DNA from: Octopus sinensis
Taxonomy: Eukaryota
Assembly: GCF_006345805.1 (NCBI RefSeq)
Contig: NW_021824265.1
Coordinates: forward strand, 1-19,412
Reading direction: 5' to 3'
DNA length: 19,412 bases
The notes below the pieces were generated by a model. The model did not search any database. It saw only the letters and a list, made by a program, of their open reading frames with translations, and was not told the DNA's origin. Positions 9,417-19,004 of this stretch are shown here, piece after piece. Positions within the stretch are counted from its first letter, which is position 1. Each line of letters begins with the position of its first letter. The position numbers were made by a program, and so were the translations under genes.

Positions 9417-10171
9417 ATGTATATATATATATGTGTATATATATGTAGAAGTAATCAATATATGATTTAACTTATTAAGCACAGTTCAATAAATCCGTTC
9501 ATATTTATGTAATGGAGGAGGTTAGATGTTAAAATGGATTCTAGTTTTATCTTTCGTGTTGCTATACAATTTATTTCATACAAAGAACTCAGATATTCTT
9601 AATAAAAAATCGGAATAGTCAAATTTGTACTCGTTGGTAGCTTGGATAAAAACTAAAAGATGCCAGAAGTAGATATATTTCCTCTTAATAATCATATTGT
9701 AATGATGTGTTTGTTCTTGGAGTCATACATACTTAAACAAGACTAAAAAATATATAATTGGGTGCTAATATATGTGATATTAAAAAATTCATATTCCCTC
9801 CATAACTTTCTATATGTGTGTCTATTTAAAACTTCGAAAATGAATTATATCAACTGGTCAGGCTGTACATGTGTTTACCATGAGATATCCAAATAAGCAA
9901 GTGAAAGAATTTTCAATTCAAATACAAAATCTAATTTTTTACTTAACCGTCAATTCTTTCGGCTTCAGAATACGTATATACTCAAGATGGAATATACGAG
10001 AATTTATTCATGGCAATTATATATATATATATATGTATGTATAAAAAATGTATATAAAAACACAAAATGGGACAAGAACGCAAAACACTCAAATAGACGA
10101 CGCAAAAAACGGACGGGTCATTCGAAGCCTCTAATCTTCAGTCAAGAACCGGGTCATCCTCGCAATTTCGG

Positions 10172-10174
<3 letters not shown>

Positions 10175-10217
<43 letters not shown>
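10175..10217. repeat. (AT)n microsatellite
   Basis: Seen directly. Confidence 0.95.
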
Positions 10218-10220
<3 letters not shown>

Positions 10221-10511
10221 TCAGTCACTATGAGGATATATAAACCTCTTATAGAGATGGTTCCATCCAAGTTACACTGGTTTAATATATTATATTATGA
10301 AGAGATATTTCTTTAATAAATATATTATGAATATCAAATATTATTAAGTAAGAAGATGGAGAGATTTAATGGATATAAACTAATTAATTAATTTATTTAT
10401 CTTTATCCATTATTTCTCTCAATTTTCTGACTTAATAATATTATATATATATATATGTGTGTGTGTGTGTGCCTTTGTATACACACACACACGCACACAC
10501 ACAAAGTGTTT

Positions 10512-10591
10512 GAATCAAACTGTTTTGATCCATACATGTATGTAACTCCCAATAAATGTGTTGAATACCCTTCTTTCATTTGTCTACTCAC
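10512..10591 (+). mobile_element. Family C tail fragment between (CA)n tracts
   Basis: GAATCAAACTGTTTTGATCCATACATGTA..CCAAT.AAT..CCCTTCTTTCATTTGTCTACTCAC matches about 5265-5340. Confidence 0.8.
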
Positions 10592-10595
10592 TCCA

Positions 10596-10655
<60 letters not shown>

Positions 10656-10689
10656 GCGCACACACACACACACACATATATGCATATAT

Positions 10690-10855
10690 GTGCGTTTGTA
10701 TTTATGTCGTACCCCCAGATGATTCTCATTGGCCTGTTTACCTCAGGCCAACTTGGCGGTTCGGCAAAAGCGATGGTGGTAATAACAAGTACCAAATTTA
10801 AAAGCGAGTAACAAGGTCGATTTGTCCGACTAAAGCATTAATTGCAAAGGGCGGT
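10690..10855. mobile_element. Degenerate SINE-like repeat, family D
   Basis: Aligns with 6975-7172 in the same orientation. Confidence 0.6.
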
Positions 10856-10859
10856 CAAC

Positions 10860-10976
10860 GGGCCTTTCTGAATGATAAAGCGAAAAGTTACCCTTAATTG
10901 TTTCAGTAGTAAGGCCCGCCTAATATTGAGACAACTCTCATGTGGCCCGCTTCACAAAACACGTTGCCCATACCTG
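10860..10976. mobile_element. Possible hAT (Charlie-like) MITE end
   Basis: Ends TGTGGCCCGC..GTTGCCCATACCTG, resembling the GGCCCG subterminal motifs and TIRs of hAT/Charlie non-autonomous elements. No convincing partner TIR or 8-bp TSD found. Confidence 0.35.
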
Positions 10977-11043
10977 GAAAAAAGTGTCAGAGTTCAATGG
11001 CTGAAACGAGTTGAAAACCTAAACGATGTATGTTGTATCTCAG

Positions 11044-11132
11044 CTTTGTCGTATAATGGTGGAGTGCACAAATTTTGACTTTGGAGGTGATTATTTTCAT
11101 TTTCGAGAATATCAACGCGGGGCGCAGTTCAT
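11044..11132 (+). CDS. Candidate 89-nt coding exon (LCRIMVECTNFDFGGDYFHFREYQRGAQF); product unknown
   Basis: Acceptor TGTATCTCAG| and donor CAT|GTAAGT; only the phase-0 frame is open. An open frame this short can arise by chance. Confidence 0.3.
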
Positions 11133-11790
11133 GTAAGTTTCTGAAGCATTGACCTTAACCTATAGTGGCGCAGTAAGTTATTGACTTTCGAATATGTGAG
11201 TTATCCATTAGTGTGGTCAACGCCTGTTTTATTCGATAAATGACAGAATTCTCGATGATAAAAATGAGGTGTTTTATCATATATTTTTTATAAAGAGCAC
11301 AAAGTTTAATTTTTATATCATATTTTGCATTTTACAAAGCTTATTTTCATATTTCGTTTTATGTTCTGAACCCGTTGTTTCATTTATTTCATTTTCATAA
11401 AGAATTTTATAAAACTTTAAAAAGTAGTTATTGACGAATAACAAAGAAAACCCAGTAGGAAGAGCAGCAACAACAACATCGACAACATCCAATCAAACAG
11501 AAAAGGGTTATCTGATAGAAGAATAAAAACCAAATGTTCTAGATTGATGTGAAGCTAGAAATAGCAACGATAATTAAGAAAAGAATAAAGAAAAACCGCC
11601 ATAACAATCATGATGTAAAATGATAACAACATTCCTTGTCGTTATTACGGGATGGAATATTTGATTAAATTTGAATTTATAGCGAATTTAAACAGAATTA
11701 TATTTAATTGGTTAATTAGTTAATAATTAACAATAATTGAATAAAGCAATTAATTAATTAATTTATTATTATTATCATTATTATTATTAG

Positions 11791-12016
11791 AAAGCTATTC
11801 AGAATATTCAGAGAAATATGGAGAACTAAAACAATATTTTTGATGCGACATGGAGGATTGATTAAAAATATGAAAAGGCTAGCAAATTTGAAAACGACAG
11901 GAGTGGCAGAATACAGAGCGGCATTTAATGTCCTTCAGTACTTTAAGCAAATTAGAAAGCTTCGTTCAGACTACAGGAAGTTACTGCCAAAATATTCTAT
12001 TGTCATAAAAAAATAA
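11791..12016 (+). CDS. Candidate terminal coding segment, about 75 open codons (KLFRIFREIWRTK...KLLPKYSIVIKK*); product unknown
   Basis: Stop-free from 11762 to TAA at 12014-12016 in AT-rich DNA, with a possible acceptor TTATTATTAG| in phase 2. No homologue recognised. Confidence 0.25.
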
Positions 12017-12055
12017 TTCACAATGTGTGAAGTTGACGTGGCATGGTCACTATAA

Positions 12056-12287
12056 GGCGGCGAGCTGGCAGATACGTTAGCACGCCGGGCGAAATGCGTA
12101 GCCGTATTTCGTCTGCCGCTATGTTCTGAGTTCAAATTACGCCGAGGTCGACATTGCCCTTCATCCTTTCGGGGTCGATTAAATAACTACCAGTTACGCA
12201 CTGGGGTCGATATAATCGACTTAATCCGTTTGTCTGTCCTTGTTTGTCCTCTCTGTGTTTAGCCCCTTGTGGGCAGTAAAGTAATAG
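12056..12287 (+). mobile_element. Full-length tRNA-derived SINE, family A tail-A, with TSD
   Basis: Flanks GGCATGGTCACTATA (12040-12054) and GGTATAGTCACTATA (12287-12301) are 13/15 identical. B-box-like GAGTTCAAATT from 12128. Confidence 0.96.
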
Positions 12288-12669
12288 GTATAGTCACTAT
12301 ACAGCTTTTGTTTCTAGAAGTACTTGATCAGAGCTGTTCAGCGCTGAATGCGTATGATGTTAACAAACATGTATGGAAAACTTTGCATGGGCATTCAAAC
12401 AACATCAAATAGCAGCGAAACATCCGTTAACCCAACCTAGCTTTAGATAACAAAGCTTAGGATGTCGCAGCAAAAGATGACAAGAGAAATTATTCACGCC
12501 GAGTCAACCGCCAAGATCAAAATGGTCTAATTATATCCAAAGACTCAGAAATATACACATATAATAATATAAATAATAAGAGCTAAGAAGTAGGGGAGAT
12601 AAAAAAGTAGTGGTGAACCCAAAACGAAGGTGCGCGTGTGTGTAAGAGAGTACGGATGTACGTGTAAAA

Positions 12670-12830
12670 GAGGGTCGGTGATGTTGACGTGTGCGTGTGT
12701 GTATGTGTAGGTGTGAAAATGTGGGGACAGGAATCGTTCAGTGCTGGTGTGTGGGTGGTGGTGTGTTGTGATGTGATGTGTTGTGTGGTATGGTGTACTG
12801 TGGTGTGATAGAGTTACATATATATATTGT
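12670..12830. repeat. Degenerate GT/GGT/GTGAT low-complexity tract
   Basis: Seen directly. Confidence 0.8.
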
Positions 12831-13164
12831 GTATTAATAATGATCAGGAGAACGGAGATTTTCCACATCTATAATTTTATCGAACAGGTATTTTCAGCAT
12901 TCTTCCGTGAGCCTACGCTCGTTTCAACTGCATCGTCTGCAGGTCACTCGGATTTACCAAGCGAGTATAATTAGCAGATTAGCAGAGTCAAGCAACTTAT
13001 TGTTAAAAAGGGTATCACCAAAGCTTCGCTGTCTTTAGCCGGCATATAAAACCGATTCAAGAAGAAACACGGTAACCGCCAGGATTATATAGCCCTTTGA
13101 ACTCATTTATGTATATATAAATCCCACCCCTACAAACAAATCATCAACAAAAAAAAAAAACGAA

Positions 13165-13345
13165 GAGCAAACACAGAAAAACAACAATGCGAGGACATGG
13201 TACATGCAAAGTATTAGCAGACGCTCAGGGAAGGAAAGAAAGGAGGTTTTACGTTTCGAGCAAAGCTCTTCTTCAGAAACAGGAGACAGAAGAAAGTCCA
13301 AAAGAAAAGGAATATGGACGAAAAATGTCGCCAACGATTCACATG
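13165..13345 (-). mobile_element. PLE-like short repeat, family B variant
   Basis: GTATTAG..GACGCTCAGG and TTTTACGTTTCGAGC..GCTCTTC..CAGAAA are shared with family B; flanks diverge. Confidence 0.7.
13246..13280 (-). ncRNA. Minimal type I hammerhead, intact core with an extra A after A9
   Basis: GUUU-CUGAAGA-A-GAGC-UUU-GCUC-GAAAC-GUA|AAAC. Stem I and stem II are 4 bp each; stem III is the loopless ACGU palindrome. Confidence 0.75.
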
Positions 13346-13353
13346 TGGTTACA

Positions 13354-13490
13354 TTATATATATATATATATATATAATATATATATATATATATCTACAT
13401 ATACATACACGCATATATATGTAATATATATATATATATAGATATATATATAATATATATGTATGTTGTGTAAATATAGGTGTATATATG
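13354..13490. repeat. (AT)n microsatellite
   Basis: Seen directly. Confidence 0.95.
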
Positions 13491-13492
13491 TG

Positions 13493-13652
13493 TGGGCTTC
13501 TTTCATTTCCGTCAACCAAATCCGCACAAAAGTCTTTGGATGTGCCCGAGAGTATAGTAGAAGACACTCGACCAAGGTGCCACGGACGGAGACTAAACCT
13601 GGAACCATGTGGTCTTGAAGGAAGCTTTTTATCCCAAAGCCACATCTGCACC
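13493..13652 (-). mobile_element. tRNA-headed SINE, family E (CORE-like centre)
   Basis: Minus strand: GGTGCAGATGTGGC (A-box-like), GGTTTAGTCTCC (B-box-like), then GGCACCTTGGTCGAGTGTCTTCTACTATA, reminiscent of the CORE-SINE CCTTGGGCAAG motif. Related copy at 16748-16890. Confidence 0.8.
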
Positions 13653-13869
13653 CATTAAGTGATCAACAGCCTTAATTGATTTTCGAGCATTATTAGAGTC
13701 TTAGCAGAGATGTCTGCATCTTCAGTAGATTTATATGATACAATGTAGCTTATATGCATCATATACATAATGTATACTCATATATTATATCATATATTTA
13801 TTACGCAGTCTTATGGTTATATATAAATTTATATTAAATACATGTACAGTGTTATATGTGCATATTACG

Positions 13870-14010
13870 CATATATATATATATATATAGCACACTCAAC
13901 GCACACCACAGCCTCCCATATATAATATATATATAATATATTTATATATATATATATAATATTATATAGATATATATTATATATATATTATATATATATA
14001 TAATATATGG
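13870..14010. repeat. Degenerate (AT)n
   Basis: Seen directly. Confidence 0.9.
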
Positions 14011-14163
14011 ATGCATCTTTTGCACACAATTACATTTCAACTTAATCATATCGTGACATTATTATAGATTCCAAAATTCAAGACACAATTTAACCATAGA
14101 AAAAAACAGGAAATCTCATTATCATTGGATTTTGTGAATCTATACCAATATTAAAATTTGTTC

Positions 14164-14182
14164 TATCATTATCATTATCATC

Positions 14183-14224
<42 letters not shown>

Positions 14225-14243
14225 GTCGTCATCATCATCGTCG

Positions 14244-14282
<39 letters not shown>

Positions 14283-14472
14283 CATCGTCGTCGTCGTCGT
14301 TGTCGTCATCATAATTATTATCATTATCATCATCAATGTTCTTCTTCTTCTTCTTCTTCTTCTTCTTCTTCTTCTCCTCCTCCTCCTCCTCCTCCTCCTC
14401 CTCCTCCTTTCTTCTTCTTCTTCTTCTTCTTCTTCTTATTATTATTATTTTACTGTTGTTATCATCATTATA
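14164..14472. repeat. Compound trinucleotide microsatellite (CAT/CGT/CTT/CCT/ATT)
   Basis: Seen directly; source of the poly-H/L/S ORFs. Confidence 0.97.
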
Positions 14473-14814
14473 TTTATCCTTTTCTTGGCAAGGAAAAACA
14501 AATTTCAGAATATCTTACAAGATGTTAGGATTGCTGATGGAATTCTCCTTGAATCATATACACCCTCCGTTTGATCACAATAATTATTAGGCATCCAAAT
14601 GCAAGCGAACTGTGAGGGAGTTTTGGTTGAATGACTTTCGGGGATTATCAAATTCAATAAAAATTATTTTCAGAATAAAACCCTTTGATCTGTGGATGGT
14701 TTTGATGTGGATCAATGAACTGTGAAGAGTTTATAAATAGACAATGTGATGCGGTTTGCCTTGAAATTCATTTGTGTAACTAGCTGAAAGATTCGTTGCT
14801 TAATTCTTGGGTTA

Positions 14815-14886
14815 ACATATAAGTATGTATTAAGTATATAATATGTATGTATAATATATATATATATATACAACATATATATACTT

Positions 14887-14979
<93 letters not shown>

Positions 14980-15375
14980 GCGTATAAATATACGTACGTA
15001 CTTATGCATTATGTATGCAAAATATATGCATGTATGTTGTGTATATATACATATATATGTACACGCGCATACATACTGCATACATATATATATACATACA
15101 CACACAGACAGACATATATATATATATATATATATGCCTACATACACGAATACATACATGCATATATCTATATTATATATATATTCGATATATATCCTAT
15201 CTATATTATCTATAAGGATTATATATATTATATATTATATACATATATATATATAATATAATGTACATAAATATATATATAGTTAATAAATATATTATTA
15301 TATATAATATATAATATATATATATATATAGTATACTATATATATATTACACACATATATGCATGTACGTACGCA
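14815..15375. repeat. Long degenerate (AT)n/(AC)n tract
   Basis: Seen directly. Confidence 0.95.
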
Positions 15376-16019
15376 TGTATTTATGCCTTAGAGTTGTAAT
15401 TGTTTGCCAGTGACTATATCTGTGACGGAGTATTGAAATTCGAACATTTGCATATTGAAAAAATTTCCTATAATCATCTAAAAACACGCATCCTTTATAG
15501 AATCTTTTCTTTTCTTTCTTTATAGGCAAGAGGCTGAGTATTATGAATTGCCACAATTCCACTGCATAGACCTCTTCCATCTTGTCATTCATTGGCAACT
15601 GCTGTTTTTTTCTCTCTCCTCTTTATCATCACAATTGAACGTATGGTTATTTTGCCATGCTTGTATCAGTCAGACGGAATGTGTTGAGGTTGGATGGGCA
15701 TTCTCTCACCAAACCAGGCATTATTTCTTCATGATCAGACATGGCCTCGCACGGCATACCGGAAACGCTAACATCGCTTACTACAAAGTAACGCATAAAT
15801 TACAGACACACACACACATACACACACACACACACACGCACACACCTCACATGCGTATATAAGTATACATGTGTATACATGTATGTATGGACGGATGGAT
15901 GGATAGAGCGATGGATGGATGTACATATGTGTCATTATGTAAGTATGTATGTGTGAGTGCATATATATATATATATATACATATGTATATATATGTATAT
16001 ATATAGTTCAAAAAGGTCT

Positions 16020-16205
16020 GATTCGAATTCCATGATGCTTCAAGTTTCGAAACCCCTAACGGAGCCCCTCTTCAGGATTGTGATGTCTGAGGAGAGCCCC
16101 CCCCCTGTTAGGGTGTTCGAGACTTGAAATATCACGGAAACCGAATCCAACTCTTTTGAACATTACGTGTAATGCCTAATAAATTCGTTGAGTGCTCTTT
16201 CATCA
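16020..16205. mobile_element. PLE-like family C remnant: inverted pair of HHR motifs plus tail
   Basis: Imperfect inverted repeat 16020-16075 / 16087-16147, each arm carrying CUGANGA-stem II-GA(A/G)AC. The tail 16142-16205 resembles about 5264-5328. Confidence 0.7.
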
Positions 16206-16417
16206 TATAAACATACACACATGCACACACAATCACGCACACCTCGGAAGCGTGGTGGCATTATTCGAAAGATGCTATAACGGAGGAAGCAGTGTATAAG
16301 TACATCTAATAGACTGGACAATATGCTGATATGCATCCATCTATCTGTCTTTTTACTTCTTTTTCCTCTCGTCTCTCACCTCCTACACACACACATGGCT
16401 GAACATAAAAACAAACA

Positions 16418-16419
<2 letters not shown>

Positions 16420-16492
<73 letters not shown>

Positions 16493-16572
16493 ATGGATAT
16501 ATATATGCGTATGTATGTATGTATGTATGTATGTATGTATGTATGTATGTATGTATGTGTGTGTGTGTGTAT
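16420..16572. repeat. Compound (AT)n/(GT)n/(GTAT)n
   Basis: Seen directly. Confidence 0.97.
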
Positions 16573-16573
16573 A

Positions 16574-16718
16574 GTGAGAATTCGAAAACATATGAAAACG
16601 ATGTAATAGTTTAACGCTCCGGAAGTGAGAAAGTCTTTTACGTTTCGAGCCTACGCTCTTCGTCAGAAATAAACAGGAAGAGAAAATAGATAAGGTTTAT
16701 TGGCCAGCGATCTATCAT
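16574..16718 (-). mobile_element. PLE-like short repeat, family B
   Basis: Same termini as 5848-6025, with a 12-bp deletion between CAGAAA direct repeats relative to that copy. Confidence 0.8.
16635..16669 (-). ncRNA. Minimal type I hammerhead, intact core, stem I reduced to 3 bp
   Basis: UUU-CUGACGA-A-GAGC-GUAG-GCUC-GAAAC-GUA|AAAG. Confidence 0.7.
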
Positions 16719-16747
16719 GGCGAATATATATATGAATACACGCGCGA

Positions 16748-16890
16748 AGGACTTCTTCCAGTTTCCTCCAACAGCATCAAGATAGAAGGCGCTCTAATCG
16801 TCCCCAGGCTGTAGTAGAAAACACTTGCTTAACTTTCCGCCACGCAGTGTGACTGAACCCGTGACCACTCTGGTTGGGAAGTAATCTCAC
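16748..16890 (-). mobile_element. SINE family E, truncated
   Basis: CTTCTTCCAGTTTCC..GTAGTAGAAAACACTTGC..GCCACGCAGTGTGACTGAACCCG..GGTTGGGAAG aligns with 13493-13652. Confidence 0.75.
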
Positions 16891-17380
16891 GCGAGGTAAA
16901 CGCTTGTAGGTGTGTTAAAATTCAGTTGCGAGCGAATCTTTATAAAATCCATTAAACGATGGTAATTATCATTTTTGTTTGTTTCTTTTGTATTTTTCTC
17001 TTTCTCAGATTTTGCTCCTCGCCATTGTTTTCTTAATTATCTTCAATTTTAATAATGTCAGTTTAATATATCCTATTATCTGTTGGGTTTGATATTTCAT
17101 TCTGTTTCACTCTTGATCTCTGGCCCCGTGCTACTCTACATTGTTACAGTCTGAGTGTTTGACCCTGGGCTAGAATTCTTTTTCTTTCTGACTGCCTTGT
17201 ATTCTTACTTGTTCAATTCAAAAACCCATCAATATATTATAATGAAAGTACGTAGTCCGTTGACAGACAGTAGATTGCGGCTTTCGTAAGACATAATAAT
17301 CTCTTAAAGACGTAATGTGTAGGAAAGAATAGCTCTTTTGTTAAGTAGCTCATTTTTAACCAAGCGTTTTCGGGTTCTGC

Positions 17381-17381
<1 letters not shown>

Positions 17382-17466
<85 letters not shown>

Positions 17467-17550
17467 GTCTGTCTGTCGGTCTGCCTACCTATCTATCTAT
17501 CTGTGTATATTATACATATATATATCCATTTATATATAGCCATCTACATA

Positions 17551-17597
<47 letters not shown>

Positions 17598-17680
17598 TAT
17601 ATATCATACATAATATACACACACATATATATATTATATACATACGCACACACACACATGGACACACACACACACACATA
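17382..17680. repeat. (TATC)n followed by (AT)n/(CA)n
   Basis: Seen directly. Confidence 0.97.
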
Positions 17681-17949
17681 TACACAGATTGCTAAACAGT
17701 GAGGAAATGTTACTAATAAGATTGCACAATTTTTGAACAAGTAATTGTGTTATCCTGGAGTTTTTCTCTTCAAATGCATGTATTATGCTTCATAAAGCGC
17801 CAAATATCACATTTTCTATATTTTATTATTGATAACAAACGCAAGCACACACAGACACACACACCTGCGCAAATCTATGTATATATATATATATTACGCA
17901 ACATGAAAGATATTTCTTAACATAAAACCAATGATATGCCCAATATGCA

Positions 17950-17954
17950 AAACG

Positions 17955-18012
<58 letters not shown>
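17950..18012. repeat. (AT)n/(GT)n
   Basis: Seen directly. Confidence 0.95.
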
Positions 18013-18015
<3 letters not shown>

Positions 18016-18252
18016 GTGCCCCAAAAGTAGGTTTACAGTTAGCACGTACGCAATTTAAATTTCTTTTAAAACATTTTATTACATTTAAATTTCTCTCTTA
18101 CAAACTGAAAAGGGAACTTGACAAAATTAACTACAAATTAGCACAGAATAATGGTTTCATATTTCTTTTATAATTAAGATCTAAACTGTTAATATACGAA
18201 TGAGAAAGAGATTGTTGCATACCTGTAAACCTACTTTGGGGCATATCCTGTA

Positions 18253-18289
<37 letters not shown>

Positions 18290-18290
<1 letters not shown>

Positions 18291-18678
18291 TAGCAGTATC
18301 GCCCGGCGTTGCTCGGGTTTGTTAGGGAAATAACTATATAAGCATTTTTAGAGATGTAAAGTATAATAGCCATCTCAAAATGGCTAACCACAGGGGGGGT
18401 GTTACTGTAGCTTTTTACGTTCTGAGATTTATATAAATTTTTAGAGAGTTACTTCCCTTATATATGCCAAAATGCATTAAAAATGGGAAAAATTGATGGT
18501 AAACTTTTTTTTAAATCGTAGACTCATCGTAGACGCGCGCTAATACCCAGAAGGGCTCGATATGAATACGACTATAAGATACCCGGTTTTGGTTAAACTG
18601 CACCGCAAAATGTGGGTAGTAGTTAGGAATCTAATCGTAGGAGACAGACAGCACACGACCTCACTTTATATATCAAGA
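18290..18678 (-). mobile_element. Complete non-autonomous Helitron, 389 bp
   Basis: Minus strand starts A|TC (18678) and ends CTAG|T (18290). GC-rich hairpin CCCGAGCAACGCCGGG (18317-18302) lies 8 nt before CTAG. Inserted between A and T inside (AT)n with no TSD, which is the canonical Helitron signature. Confidence 0.88.
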
Positions 18679-18726
18679 TATATATATATATATATATAAT
18701 ATATATAATATATATATATATATATA

Positions 18727-18760
<34 letters not shown>
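18679..18760. repeat. (AT)n flanking the Helitron (other half at 18251-18289)
   Basis: Seen directly. Confidence 0.95.
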
Positions 18761-19004
18761 CTGTATATCTAAGGAGCATTACTGTTTATGAATCACAATA
18801 ATATCAGTGGCTAGCATGCGTAAAAAACCATAAAGGCAAACATTATTAATCAATAATGAAGGGCACTGCTGGTAGCGCCTGCATGCTAAAAACAGCAGTC
18901 ATAAATGATTCAGAATCACAGTTTTCACTTGTACACAATGGTGAAATAGGTGAACGAGTCAAAATTTTAAGACCACGCATCATAGACGAAAATAATCATG
19001 TCTA

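Noticed and set aside
10100-10225. CUGAAGA and GAAAU/GAAU motifs around an (AT)n, with duplicated TCTTCAGTCA
   Set aside because: Order and stems do not give a hammerhead fold; the 10-bp duplication could be chance or a TSD and cannot be resolved.
12905-12930. GAGCCTACGCTC stem-loop identical to family B stem II
   Set aside because: Flanking core motifs are absent or in the wrong order.
14493-14590. Plus-strand terminal exon candidates (KNKFQNILQDVRIADG..; KTNFRISYK..)
   Set aside because: Two frames are equally open, acceptors are ambiguous and the region overlaps a minus-strand candidate; no discriminating evidence.
7288-17220. Idea that TAA/TAG encode Gln (ciliate-type code, e.g. parasite DNA)
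   Set aside because: TGA stops and frameshifts also interrupt the same frames, and a host SINE with a TSD sits inside. Ordinary decay is simpler.
18811-18889. Nested inverted repeats TAGCATGC/GCATGCTA and CATTATT/AATAATG
   Set aside because: Arms are only 7-8 bp and the intervening sequence does not pair; within chance expectation.
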